Under the pieces are notes generated by a model that was given only the letters and a program-made list of their open reading frames with translations, was not told the DNA's origin and did not search any database. From a virus: a stretch of 64,000 nt of DNA. The translations under genes were made by a program, and so were the position numbers. Below are positions 9,812 to 18,395 of the stretch, piece after piece. The stretch is from positions 72,455 through 136,454 of IMG/VR virus record IMGVR_UViG_3300035490_000050; one strand, 5' to 3'. How positions within the stretch are numbered: the stretch's first letter is position 1; each line of letters starts with the position of its first letter.

Positions 9812-10534
9812 TCACAATCCTCTAATCCTATGCGCTTCAAACATATCCTTTGGCATGAACGGCTCAGGAGAGAACCCTAAATGGCTTGTGATTGCATTGT
9901 TTCCTGATTGTGGTCCAGTCAAGAAATAGTGAGGCGTATTGACGATGTATCTCCAATCTACATGAAGACGAATACCTTTGTCTCGCAACCTGTCTCCAAC
10001 CCAAACATCGTCCCACGGTATAGCAACTGGCGCGTCAAGAAGGAATTCAAACGCCTTTCGGCTGATCCAGTAACCTGCGCCTCCAGAGGCATACTCCAGA
10101 TCGTCTCGGTAGAAGGGTGTGCCGATGTAGTCGAACTCTTGAAACCCGCTCTCCAGTAACCGAGGAACATCAACATAGGTGTCGGTATCAACTTTGAATA
10201 CATAATCGTATCCGCGCTCCCATGCCCACCGAAAGATTTCTCTTACCTTAAAAGGCAAATGTTTGAAGTCGTAGGGAACAGGAAGCAGGACTTCATCGTT
10301 TTTCGGGATGTACGATGTGAGAACGCTTTCGGAAGGTTTGTCCCTGTAGTTCCAAGGGCGATTATTCCATTCAACGTCGATAAGATCGTCATTCTCATGG
10401 ACAGGTGTTCCGTCGCCCATAAAGAAACGGTAGTCTAAACCGTCCGCCTTTGTGAGCCAAGTGTCGCGGGAAGACTGATGATCTCCATTTTCCGCACTTG
10501 GAGGCCAACTAGCGATTGCGAGTAGAACTTTCAT
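9812..10534 (-). CDS. GT31/Fringe-like galactosyltransferase
   Basis: YVFKVDTDTYV (DxD), SGGAGYWIS, DDVWVG. Confidence 0.8.
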   Translation of the reverse strand: MKVLLAIASWPPSAENGDHQSSRDTWLTKADGLDYRFFMGDGTPVHENDDLIDVEWNNRPWNYRDKPSESVLTSYIPKNDEVLLPVPYDFKHLPFKVREIFRWAWERGYDYVFKVDTDTYVDVPRLLESGFQEFDYIGTPFYRDDLEYASGGAGYWISRKAFEFLLDAPVAIPWDDVWVGDRLRDKGIRLHVDWRYIVNTPHYFLTGPQSGNNAITSHLGFSPEPFMPKDMFEAHRIRGL

Positions 10535-11355
10535 TCCGAATACTTCCTTTGAATAGCTTCGGCAAGAGATACATCACGGTCGTACTGATGCAAGATAGGA
10601 AACACGACATCGCTTCCTGGGGTATAAACCACAGCGTTTTCCTTATCGAAAATAGGCCATACATCGTTAACCCACGGCTTCCATACGGCCTCGTAGCAGG
10701 ACAGATACCATGAGCAGGTTGCAATGAAACCAGAACTCATATTGACTTCGCGGGTAACTTCCTTGAGTGGAGGAATTCTGAGCAGGTAATTAAAGTATGC
10801 CTGATCGTATCCCCATCCTGAAATCTTCGCTGCGAACTCACACATCTTTTCTACTACATAGCTCACAGCTTTTATGGTTCCCACGATAGTGCCGCAGCAG
10901 AGAACGTCATACTCACCTAGCCAATCGAGAACCTCCTGTCCCAATGTATTCCGAATCCACTCAGAGTTTGTCGGTTGATGTTTGATGAGCATACACTCTG
11001 ACGGTCCTATGATCTCCGCAGGAGAAAGGTTATTTTCTAACCAGAGTGACGGATCGGATTGAAACACAGCGTCTCTCACATCTACATAAAGTACATACCT
11101 GTACCGTTCGATATTATCTTTCAAAAAGTCTCTGACTGGGATATGTCGTGCTGTGGCGTAGGACTGTGAAGGATCGGCCACAACCTCGATCAAGGTCCAG
11201 CCTTTGCTCCTGAGCCTATCCTGAGCGTCCTGTGTGACGTTCTGCATGAACATCACCTTGTCGCCAGAGAATCCGGACCTCTCAACTGAGACGATAAAAG
11301 CCATGATTTCCGGCCAGCCATAGTTTGCGACTGTCGTTACGATCACATCTTGCAT
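10531..11355 (-). CDS. GT-A fold nucleotide-sugar transferase-like protein
   Basis: VLYVDVRDAVFQSDP, CCGTIVG, DQAYFN, ILHQYDR. Confidence 0.75.
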   Translation of the reverse strand: MQDVIVTTVANYGWPEIMAFIVSVERSGFSGDKVMFMQNVTQDAQDRLRSKGWTLIEVVADPSQSYATARHIPVRDFLKDNIERYRYVLYVDVRDAVFQSDPSLWLENNLSPAEIIGPSECMLIKHQPTNSEWIRNTLGQEVLDWLGEYDVLCCGTIVGTIKAVSYVVEKMCEFAAKISGWGYDQAYFNYLLRIPPLKEVTREVNMSSGFIATCSWYLSCYEAVWKPWVNDVWPIFDKENAVVYTPGSDVVFPILHQYDRDVSLAEAIQRKYSE

Positions 11356-12122
11356 TCGAGTCTCCTTTTTAGTTCCGGAAGGAATCGTTGAATCTCCTTA
11401 TCATCTACATCCCAACCCTGAATCTCATCAAAACACTTTTCTGGACTTGGACCGCAAGCCACACAGGGTTTGCCAAGGAGTTGACGCTTGACCCACTCCT
11501 GCCGGGATTTGGAACCGTAGTGGTTGATGCGAAGAATGTCATGTTCATGCGGTATGGAGTGAGGCCCAGACGTGATTCTTCCCGATGGAGTAAATGTTGA
11601 AGCGTTAGCACAGTGAGGGTCTTGAATAGTGAAATGTTTATCCATGCGGACGATAGGCTTGACATAGTGATTGGAGGGGATGTCGGCAGGCTTCCTCCAT
11701 GTAAACCTTTCGATTACTGGAATGTCTTTCCATTCCTGTTCTCCACTAGAGCCAAAGCACATCCAGTTTACCGCTATGGATTGCCAGTGTGCAGGAAAGG
11801 AATCGAGCGCCTCTATAACGGTATCGTATTTTGGTGAAAAAAGAAATTCATCTATATCTATGAAGCCACACCACTCTGACATTCCAATATGACCTTCAAT
11901 GTAGTTATTGTAAGCCTCTATCTGGCAGGGAGGCGGATAGGGCCAGTCTGTAACTTCCACTAACCCGCTATCGATGTATGGTTGAAGCACAGATTGCCAG
12001 TCATCCACGCTTCGATTCTGGTAAAGAAAGAACTTCTCACAGCCTTGAAGCGCATGGAATTGGACCCACTCGCGCAAGTATTTGGATTCATCACGAAAGA
12101 TCGCGCAGATGGAGAGTTTCAT
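11343..12122 (-). CDS. Glycosyltransferase family 92-like
   Basis: LSICAIFRDESKYLREWVQFH, FIDIDEFL, INHYGSKS. Confidence 0.85.
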   Translation of the reverse strand: MKLSICAIFRDESKYLREWVQFHALQGCEKFFLYQNRSVDDWQSVLQPYIDSGLVEVTDWPYPPPCQIEAYNNYIEGHIGMSEWCGFIDIDEFLFSPKYDTVIEALDSFPAHWQSIAVNWMCFGSSGEQEWKDIPVIERFTWRKPADIPSNHYVKPIVRMDKHFTIQDPHCANASTFTPSGRITSGPHSIPHEHDILRINHYGSKSRQEWVKRQLLGKPCVACGPSPEKCFDEIQGWDVDDKEIQRFLPELKRRLECKM

Positions 12123-12454
12123 TCTCTCTCCAGATTTTCGATCTTGACCACTTCCAGGTTATCTAGTCTGTTGTTAAGCACGTTCCCGTCTTTGTGCAGC
12201 ACACCCTCTTTTGTCGTCAATTTGCGTCCAAGATGGTGGGCTACTATTTCGTCTTCCATGTACACGATTTTGCCTTCCTCTACTCTCCAAGCGTGGCCAG
12301 GACGATTGTGCTCTGCTTCGGCGGCGTAACAAGCCATACATTCCCTGTAAATGTAATCATCATGACACACGTCGTTCATGTGCGAGACGTATGGATGGAA
12401 CTTGTAGAAACGGCGTGGACGCTTGCGGATTGGACCTGAGTACGTGCGAACCAT
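12119..12454 (-). CDS. HNH endonuclease
   Basis: LGRKL...VLHKDGNVLNNRLDNL. Confidence 0.8.
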   Translation of the reverse strand: MVRTYSGPIRKRPRRFYKFHPYVSHMNDVCHDDYIYRECMACYAAEAEHNRPGHAWRVEEGKIVYMEDEIVAHHLGRKLTTKEGVLHKDGNVLNNRLDNLEVVKIENLERE

Positions 12455-12477
12455 GAGTACCTCCGAGAATCATTGTA

Positions 12478-12750
12478 CTACCGTAGCCACCACCTTTTTT
12501 CCGATGGCTCCTTGTAGGGATAGGCGGCAGGATCGACAATCTCCCAATCGTCAGCTTGCAGGTCTTCGGGACTGAATCTCCAGCATGACGAACGGAACCA
12601 TTCACCGGGAGCAAGAGGATGATCTAGGTAGAGCATCCAATATTTAATGCGCTCTTTTGGGTCACGTTCGTAGCGGTAGCCATCGAAAGAACCGTGGCGA
12701 ACTATATCCTTGCCTTCCTGTAAGGCTTTAGCGGCTTCGATGATGTTCAT
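12478..12750 (-). CDS. DUF2829/Tad2-like protein (possible anti-defence sponge)
   Basis: MNIIEAAKALQEGKDIVR N-terminus and WRFSPEDLQADDWEIV C-terminus. Confidence 0.6.
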   Translation of the reverse strand: MNIIEAAKALQEGKDIVRHGSFDGYRYERDPKERIKYWMLYLDHPLAPGEWFRSSCWRFSPEDLQADDWEIVDPAAYPYKEPSEKRWWLR

Positions 12751-12959
12751 TTTCCATCCTCAAATACTACGGTAGAAGTGCCATTCATTTCACGCTCCGC
12801 CAAAGCCAATGCCCCGGTTTCCGATTCGGTGTCAAGCAGAAAATCTGCTAGTTCACGGCTGTAAACTTTCTTCTCAAGAGGAAGATTAAGATGTACGTCG
12901 TCTACATAGGGAAGCAGGGTTGCTACCCGAAGACGCTCTTTTATTGTGTGTTCACTCAT
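12747..12959 (-). CDS. Hypothetical protein
   Basis: Coupled ORF. Confidence 0.55.
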   Translation of the reverse strand: MSEHTIKERLRVATLLPYVDDVHLNLPLEKKVYSRELADFLLDTESETGALALAEREMNGTSTVVFEDGK

Positions 12960-13128
12960 TTCGCCGCCTCATCCCATATATGCATGACAGAAATTCGATA
13001 CCCGGTCCAGCGGAGCACACCGTCTTTTTCAAGTTCCTTCACAAATCGCAAACGCAGAGCATTCTTTCCAAGCAACCACCATCCAATCTTCCGCCGGACC
13101 GAATCTACTAGTGATCGCAACTTGGTTA

Positions 13129-14364
13129 TCATTTCGCTGCCTCCCGCAGGTATGTTTCCCATGCCTTCCAGTTGTTTTCCCAATCGTACTTCGGGTCAAG
13201 ACTTGTTCGCTTACCGATCCATTCCTCAGCCTTTGCAGCCCACTCCTCTGCGCGATAGACAGGACGCTTACACGCATAGGAACCTTCGTAATAGAATCCG
13301 ATTGGATCAACAAGCATACCAGGATCAACCAGCGCAGCCCCTCCCGCGTAGGAGCCGGTCACGCAAGGTACGCCGCAGGCCATACCCTCCGCATGGACGT
13401 AGCCGAAGCCTTCGGGGGCGATACCAAGAACAAGATCGGCTGCGCTGTAGATAGTTGCCATCCTTGAGTCGGTAATATTGCCGAGCGAGATCACTGTTTT
13501 GTCCAGCATCCCAAAATCTGCCAAAAGATTAGGAATTGACCAATAGCGTTCAAGCGAATCTATGTGTAGATGCAGCCTTATTTTGTGCTTTTGCGCCAAA
13601 ATGCCTGCTGTTTCAATCCCAAGCGCAAAATTTTTCCGACTCTGATTTGTCCCTAAGATCGAAACCAACACTTCATCATCCGCGATAGGAGCAGTAGTTT
13701 TGACCTGTCCTATCATGTGGAAGAAGTTCTGTGCCCCAGTGTAGTCAAGGAATAGTTTTCTGCTCAACTTGCGCGGGAGTTCATAGAAAATCTCGGAATC
13801 AATACCATGAGGAAGGTGAGTCAAATGCCTCTGGTTAGCGTTCTCATCCCCTATAGTCCTGCGGATAACGCCCTCTCCGAACGGCCCATAGGCCAACAGG
13901 CGGTCGAAGCCGAGTAGTGTCTTCATGATTGGAAAGGTAAGGCGGTCGTTAGGCCCAGAAGAATCTATCGGCACATAACCCCACAACTCAAACGGTCTGC
14001 TCATGGCCCACTGCTGGAGGCCAGGGAACTTGCTAAAGAGTTCGTTGCATCCTCTTGGCGCGGCAAGCCATGTTAAGCGATGAAGATCCCAAATCGTAAG
14101 GATGGTCGCTTTTTCTTTACCGAAGAAGTCGTCGCATACCTGCGGTAAGGAAGGCAGAATCCAGTCACTCATCCCCTCCATTGGAAATTGCGGAACCTTG
14201 ATTTTGGATGTTCCTACTCCGCCGTAGCCCATGGTTGCTACTTCATAGACATCACTCAAGTTTTCGATGATCTTTCCAACCAGATCGCGGTGGATTCTTC
14301 CCAAGCCAGTCTGCGCTGAAATCGCATCACTGATCGTTAATAGCTTTCTCTTCTTGTCGGCCAT
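13129..14364 (-). CDS. Glycosyltransferase family 4 (GT-B)
   Basis: TGLGR, PHGID, NQSRKN, YSAADL, EGFGYVHAEGMACGVP; start placed at leaderless ATG 14364. Confidence 0.88.
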   Translation of the reverse strand: MADKKRKLLTISDAISAQTGLGRIHRDLVGKIIENLSDVYEVATMGYGGVGTSKIKVPQFPMEGMSDWILPSLPQVCDDFFGKEKATILTIWDLHRLTWLAAPRGCNELFSKFPGLQQWAMSRPFELWGYVPIDSSGPNDRLTFPIMKTLLGFDRLLAYGPFGEGVIRRTIGDENANQRHLTHLPHGIDSEIFYELPRKLSRKLFLDYTGAQNFFHMIGQVKTTAPIADDEVLVSILGTNQSRKNFALGIETAGILAQKHKIRLHLHIDSLERYWSIPNLLADFGMLDKTVISLGNITDSRMATIYSAADLVLGIAPEGFGYVHAEGMACGVPCVTGSYAGGAALVDPGMLVDPIGFYYEGSYACKRPVYRAEEWAAKAEEWIGKRTSLDPKYDWENNWKAWETYLREAAK

Positions 14365-14371
14365 GACGAAA

Positions 14372-14453
14372 ACTGTACCGCATAAGAGAACGGCTGTCAA
14401 GCGGAAAATAAAGCAAAAAAGTTCTTGACAAGCATATTCGCTTTTGCTAGTCT
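14372..14453. promoter_or_regulatory. Divergent sigma70-type promoters
   Basis: Minus: TTGACA(14400)-17-TACAGT; plus: TTGACA(14425)-17-TAGTCT; each 6-7 nt upstream of an ATG. Confidence 0.75.
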
Positions 14454-14459
14454 CGCTCC

Positions 14460-14717
14460 ATGAAACTTGCAGACATGAAGCCGTCCAAGCGCGTATTGGC
14501 GACAACAAAGAAGCCAACTAAAACGCGCCTACTTGTTGATCTTCAAGGGTTAAGGGAGGGGAAAGGGGTAACAATCCGGCAGGTAGAAAAGGCAATTAAG
14601 GTGAGCAACGCCACGCTCTGCCAGATTGAGCATGGATGCACCCCGCGTTTGGATTCCGCTTTGAAGATTGCGGCATTTGTTGATATTCCTGTTGAAAAGA
14701 TTTGGGCGCTGAAGTAA
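14460..14717 (+). CDS. XRE-family HTH regulator
   Basis: LREGKGVTIRQV...VSNATLCQIEHG.TPRLDSALKIA. Confidence 0.9.
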   Translation: MKLADMKPSKRVLATTKKPTKTRLLVDLQGLREGKGVTIRQVEKAIKVSNATLCQIEHGCTPRLDSALKIAAFVDIPVEKIWALK

Positions 14718-14769
14718 AAGTGAGGAACTAGCGAAGTATCCTGACGGGATTCCATTTTAGGAGAAACAC

Positions 14770-15177
14770 ATGAACGCACAAGATATTCGTACTCTTAACG
14801 AGAGGATTCAGGAGCAGATGCTCAACGCACAGACTGTAGGTGAGCAGGAGGCTGGATTTAAGTCTCTATTACTCTCGCTGCTCTCTGAATTGGCCGTACA
14901 GATGGCCGATGCGAACGACTACCTGAAAATGTACTCTAACCCACCGATGGTATTTGAAGGCACTCACCTTAATCCTGCTGATTTCTCGGATTTACCTCAA
15001 CCTATTACTTTTACGCCCGCAGAGCCACGCGCCACCCTGCGCGATCAGTTTGCTATGGCGGCGATGCAGGGGATACTTGCGAGACCGTTGGCCGGTTATC
15101 GCCCTAGTAGAGAAGAGCTTGCAAAGGATGCATATTTCTACGCGGAAGGAATGCTGGAGGCTCGCAATGCCAAGTAA
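14770..15177 (+). CDS. Conserved phage protein
   Basis: TLRDQFAMAAMQG...AY..AEGMLEAR motif. Confidence 0.7.
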   Translation: MNAQDIRTLNERIQEQMLNAQTVGEQEAGFKSLLLSLLSELAVQMADANDYLKMYSNPPMVFEGTHLNPADFSDLPQPITFTPAEPRATLRDQFAMAAMQGILARPLAGYRPSREELAKDAYFYAEGMLEARNAK

Positions 15178-15367
15178 CGACCTTCCTAAGTGCTGTGAGG
15201 AATGCGGCGATCACGGTTCTCTCTACCTCCACAGCAGGTGTCATCCTGACGTTCCCACATGGTCTGTGCTGACAGGAAACGTGCTAACCATTCAATGCGC
15301 TGAGTGTGAAAACGTGATCGTTAGGTTGAAGGTTAGCGACGTGGTGAAAGAGGAGACGATTCAGTGA
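15167..15367 (+). CDS. Small Cys-rich protein
   Basis: GGAGG RBS; CEEC/CAEC. Confidence 0.55.
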   Translation: MPSNDLPKCCEECGDHGSLYLHSRCHPDVPTWSVLTGNVLTIQCAECENVIVRLKVSDVVKEETIQ

Positions 15368-15603
15368 GCAGACATCCGTACACTTATGCAGATGATTATG
15401 TTCGTCATCTTGCGGGATATAATGAAACGGGTACAATCCTATCCAGATCAGATGCCTCTAGGATATTGGAAGGTATTGCGTTAGCGATAGGATTGGAACA
15501 TGAGCAACTCGCCACAAAGTTAAGCCTGTATTACCAAGATCACGAAGAAGAGTTCACAAACCAAGATGTAGAAGCATTTATTGCCTCTACTGGAGTACGC
15601 TAA
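15364..15603 (+). CDS. Hypothetical protein
   Basis: GTGA overlap, RBS. Confidence 0.55.
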   Translation: MSRHPYTYADDYVRHLAGYNETGTILSRSDASRILEGIALAIGLEHEQLATKLSLYYQDHEEEFTNQDVEAFIASTGVR

Positions 15604-15878
15604 TGGCAAAAACACCGAAGTATGCAGGAATCAACCCGATAGAACGTCTACACAGGGGCGAACCCTACTTTTTCATTCGCGGGCAGGACCGTTTAAGTGT
15701 AGCCGCCGTCATTGAATACAGCCATCTCTTACGCCATGAGTCGGTCAATTCATCTCTGCGTGGAGACAACGAACTGTCAGACTCTCTCGATAAACAGGCA
15801 GACGAAGTTTTATCCTATGCGCAGAAGTTCAAGGACTGGCAGCGCGAGAACCCAGACAAGGTGAAGTACCCGGATTAG
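15603..15878 (+). CDS. Conserved phage protein
   Basis: EPYFFIRGQD...KYPD motif; TAATG coupling. Confidence 0.6.
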   Translation: MAKTPKYAGINPIERLHRGEPYFFIRGQDRLSVAAVIEYSHLLRHESVNSSLRGDNELSDSLDKQADEVLSYAQKFKDWQRENPDKVKYPD

Positions 15879-16081
15879 CGAACTAGCGGATGACCGAAGC
15901 CACCACCGAAGCCACTAGCCAGCGGGACCAAAAGGTACAGAAGCCAGATGCAGAATATTACGACGATCACAACTCTGGCGATTTGTGCAAACGGGGCAGG
16001 AAGAGGAATCTGAGTGAAAATCCACCAGATCAGGCCGAAGATGATGCACATTACAAGTACCGTTATCAGCAGAGAAAGCAT
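15875..16081 (-). CDS. Small two-helix membrane protein
   Basis: Two hydrophobic helices separated by IPLPAPF; GAGG RBS. Confidence 0.65.
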   Translation of the reverse strand: MLSLLITVLVMCIIFGLIWWIFTQIPLPAPFAQIARVVIVVIFCIWLLYLLVPLASGFGGGFGHPLVR

Positions 16082-16397
16082 GAGGCACCTCAGATTCCAT
16101 TGAACGCCGATTTGATTGTGTAAGTTGAGCAAAACAGGACAGGAGAACGAAAATGGCTTACGAAGAATTTTCACATTACGCCCAAAACCGTACTAGCCTC
16201 TGGTGTCCGATCTGCGGAGCTGCGGAAGGAAAGGGATGTAACGAAGTACACGGACTGCGGTTTTCTGGCCATAATTCCTTCGCGCTAGGACAGGTAAGAC
16301 AAACTCCATCTGTACTTCACTACTACGACCCGCCAGCGTTCTTGGACGTTTACCCTGCGCGTAAGGACAAGCCAAGAATAAGTTCAGGGCTGAGGGG

Positions 16398-16718
16398 ATG
16401 GGTAAATTGACGAAAAAGAAATTCGAACACGCTCCAGAACTCAACACCGATAGTCCTGCTTACGATAAGGTTATTTGTGAGTTGGATAAGATAATATACA
16501 GTGACCCGGAAGATGTGGCACAAGAGCTAACGCTCAGAGATGCTTATATTTCGATTGAATCTCAGTTGGGAGATTTTATTACCCCGTTTGGAAAGACAAA
16601 AGAAGCGCGGCAGGAAGAAGTAAGAAAGTTGTCTGAGGTTTTGCATCTGGACCTCACTTTGGGTACGCCAATCTGGAAGATTGTTAAGGACTACGAATCT
16701 ATGATGAGGGTGAATTGA
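16398..16718 (+). CDS. Hypothetical protein
   Basis: GAGGGG RBS. Confidence 0.55.
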   Translation: MGKLTKKKFEHAPELNTDSPAYDKVICELDKIIYSDPEDVAQELTLRDAYISIESQLGDFITPFGKTKEARQEEVRKLSEVLHLDLTLGTPIWKIVKDYESMMRVN

Positions 16719-17038
16719 AGACCACGAAGACTATTGAGATCACAATTTGTGACGTGTGCGGAAACGAGAAGCGGCATCAAGACTGGCCGTGTTCTCGCTG
16801 CGGTCGGGATATATGCGATGGATGCGAAGAGCATTTTTACGTTGAGATGCGTCACACGTCAAAAGAGAGAACATACGGCTCTGGAATGCGTGGATTTCAT
16901 ACGTCTCATATCGCACTAGGAGACTCAAAGCGTGTATGCAAAGAGTGCGCTGTGGCTATCGTGGAAGGTTTGAACGCCTTGGGGCTTGTGGGAAAGCCGC
17001 AGGATGAAGTAGACAAATTTATGGCGGTTATGGATTAA
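16715..17038 (+). CDS. Zinc-finger-like hypothetical protein
   Basis: Four CxxC pairs. Confidence 0.6.
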   Translation: MKTTKTIEITICDVCGNEKRHQDWPCSRCGRDICDGCEEHFYVEMRHTSKERTYGSGMRGFHTSHIALGDSKRVCKECAVAIVEGLNALGLVGKPQDEVDKFMAVMD

Positions 17039-17080
17039 CGCTTGACATCCATTTGATTCCGTGGGAGTATTGAAACTGAC

Positions 17081-17164
17081 ATGCGATTCCTATTATCCAG
17101 TTCGCGCTATTGCCTCTCATCGTTGCTGAGAGCAGGCTCGCCATATCTGGATAAAGGGATATAA
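17081..17164 (+). CDS. Leader peptide of tRNA array 1 (MRFLLSSSRYCLSSLLRAGSPYLDKGI)
   Basis: 27 aa between TTGACA (17042) and terminator; Leu/Ser/Tyr/Cys codons match downstream tRNAs. Confidence 0.8.
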   Translation: MRFLLSSSRYCLSSLLRAGSPYLDKGI

Positions 17165-17188
17165 GATTTCAGAAATCCAGAGTTTGAC

Positions 17189-17220
17189 GAGCCGCTCAGA
17201 AATGGGCGGCTTTTGTTTTG
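17189..17220 (+). terminator. Attenuator terminator before tRNA array 1
   Basis: GAGCCGCTC-agaaat-GGGCGGCTT then T-tract; 5' arm can pair instead with 17130-17140. Confidence 0.8.
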
Positions 17221-17221
17221 T

Positions 17222-17306
17222 GCGAGATTGGCGAAATTGGGAGCCGCGTCCGATTTAAGATCGGATTCCTTTGGGAGTATGGGTTCAAGTCCCTTATCTC
17301 GCACCA
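17222..17306 (+). tRNA. tRNA-Leu(TAA)
   Basis: Cloverleaf, loop TT-TAA-GA, V-arm, CCA. Confidence 0.92.
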
Positions 17307-17307
17307 T

Positions 17308-17382
17308 GTACCGGAAGCCAATCGGTTAGGCGGCGGATTGCAGACCCGCTCTTGGCGAGTTCGATTCTCGCCCGGTACTCCA
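17308..17382 (+). tRNA. tRNA-Cys(GCA)
   Basis: Loop TT-GCA-GA, U73, CCA. Confidence 0.92.
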
Positions 17383-17393
17383 AGTTTAGTAAG

Positions 17394-17476
17394 GCCCGGA
17401 TGGTGGAATTGGCAGACACACCAGCTTGAGGGGTTGGCGCGAAAGCATACGAGTTCAAGTCTCGTTTCGGGCACCA
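17394..17476 (+). tRNA. tRNA-Leu(GAG)
   Basis: Loop TT-GAG-GG, V-arm, CCA. Confidence 0.95.
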
Positions 17477-17477
17477 T

Positions 17478-17560
17478 GGGGTTGTGGCGGAATTGGCAGA
17501 CGCACCCGGCTCAGGACCGGACGCTTTGGCATAAGAGTTCGACTCTCTTCAGCCCCACCA
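17478..17560 (+). tRNA. tRNA-Leu(CAG)
   Basis: Loop CT-CAG-GA, V-arm, CCA. Confidence 0.95.
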
Positions 17561-17567
17561 TAAGTTT

Positions 17568-17652
17568 GTCGATGTGGCGAAACTGGAAACCGCGATAGGC
17601 TCAAACCCTATTGTCTTATGACTTGCCGGTTCGATCCCGGCCATCGACACCA
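17568..17652 (+). tRNA. tRNA-Leu(CAA)
   Basis: Loop CT-CAA-AC, V-arm, CCA. Confidence 0.93.
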
Positions 17653-17660
17653 AGTTTTAC

Positions 17661-17750
17661 GGAGACGTGGCACAATGGTACTGCACAGCATTGCTAACGC
17701 TGCGATACCCCATAAAGGTATTGGGAGTTCAAGTCTCCCCGTCTCCGCCA
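17661..17750 (+). tRNA. tRNA-Ser(GCT)
   Basis: Loop TT-GCT-AA, long V-arm, GCCA. Confidence 0.93.
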
Positions 17751-17759
17751 TGTTTTAAC

Positions 17760-17850
17760 GGAAGGATGAGCGGAATTGGTATCGCACTCGCTTGGAAAGC
17801 GAGCTTACGTCGAAAGGCGTATGCAGGTTCGAGTCCTGTTCCTTCCGCCA
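17760..17850 (+). tRNA. tRNA-Ser(GGA)
   Basis: Loop TT-GGA-AA, long V-arm, GCCA. Confidence 0.95.
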
Positions 17851-17851
17851 C

Positions 17852-17941
17852 GGTAGAGTTGGGCATGGCTGGCAAGCCCACCGCTCTCGAAAAGCGACGT
17901 ACCGCAAGGTACTGGCAGATCGTTCCTGCCCTCTACCGCCA
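17852..17941 (+). tRNA. tRNA-Ser(CGA)
   Basis: Loop CT-CGA-AA, V-arm, atypical T-loop ATCGTTC, GCCA. Confidence 0.88.
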
Positions 17942-17946
17942 AGTTT

Positions 17947-18036
17947 GGATACGTTAGGCATGTGCCAAGCCTACCCCGTTTGAAGCGGGACGCTCCTGAA
18001 AGGGACTTGGGGGTTGAACTCCCTCCGTATCCGCCA
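17947..18036 (+). tRNA. tRNA-Ser(TGA)
   Basis: Loop TT-TGA-AG, V-arm, GCCA. Confidence 0.85.
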
Positions 18037-18041
18037 GTTGT

Positions 18042-18132
18042 GCGCGTGTGGCTCAGTGGCGACGGCGGCAGTCTGTAGAACTGCTACCCTTTGCGGTGAA
18101 CATCGGTGGTTCGACTCCATCCACGCGCACCA
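18042..18132 (+). tRNA. tRNA-Tyr(GTA)
   Basis: Loop CT-GTA-GA, V-arm, ACCA. Confidence 0.93.
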
Positions 18133-18134
18133 CT

Positions 18135-18287
18135 CTACTTTGCCAGCGCCCGTTTTACAGTTCTCTTTTTCTGAGAAACCTTGGTGTAGGGAGTCTGGTT
18201 GAGGGCAGGTTTCACTGTTCCTGAGACCTTGTGTTTGGTGTACGGTTTTTCTTGCAGGGCTGGCTTGACTTCGCGCTTCGTTGGCAT
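18135..18287 (-). CDS. 50-aa basic repeat peptide (VKPAL...PYTK repeats)
   Basis: GAGGTGG RBS; internal repeat; below ORF-track length cutoff. Confidence 0.55.
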   Translation of the reverse strand: MPTKREVKPALQEKPYTKHKVSGTVKPALNQTPYTKVSQKKRTVKRALAK

Positions 18288-18395
18288 TGATTCCACCTCA
18301 TAAACAGATTAGCACAATAGGAATGTGTGGTACAATTCAGGTATTCCGTCGTTCCGGCCCGACGTTAAGCAACCGGAAAATCTGAAAGGAAAACC

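Noticed and set aside
17107-18202. ORF-track ORFs over tRNA arrays (also 23375-23731, 24237-25495, 28518-29215)
   Set aside because: Overlap clear RNA genes; no RBS or protein motifs.
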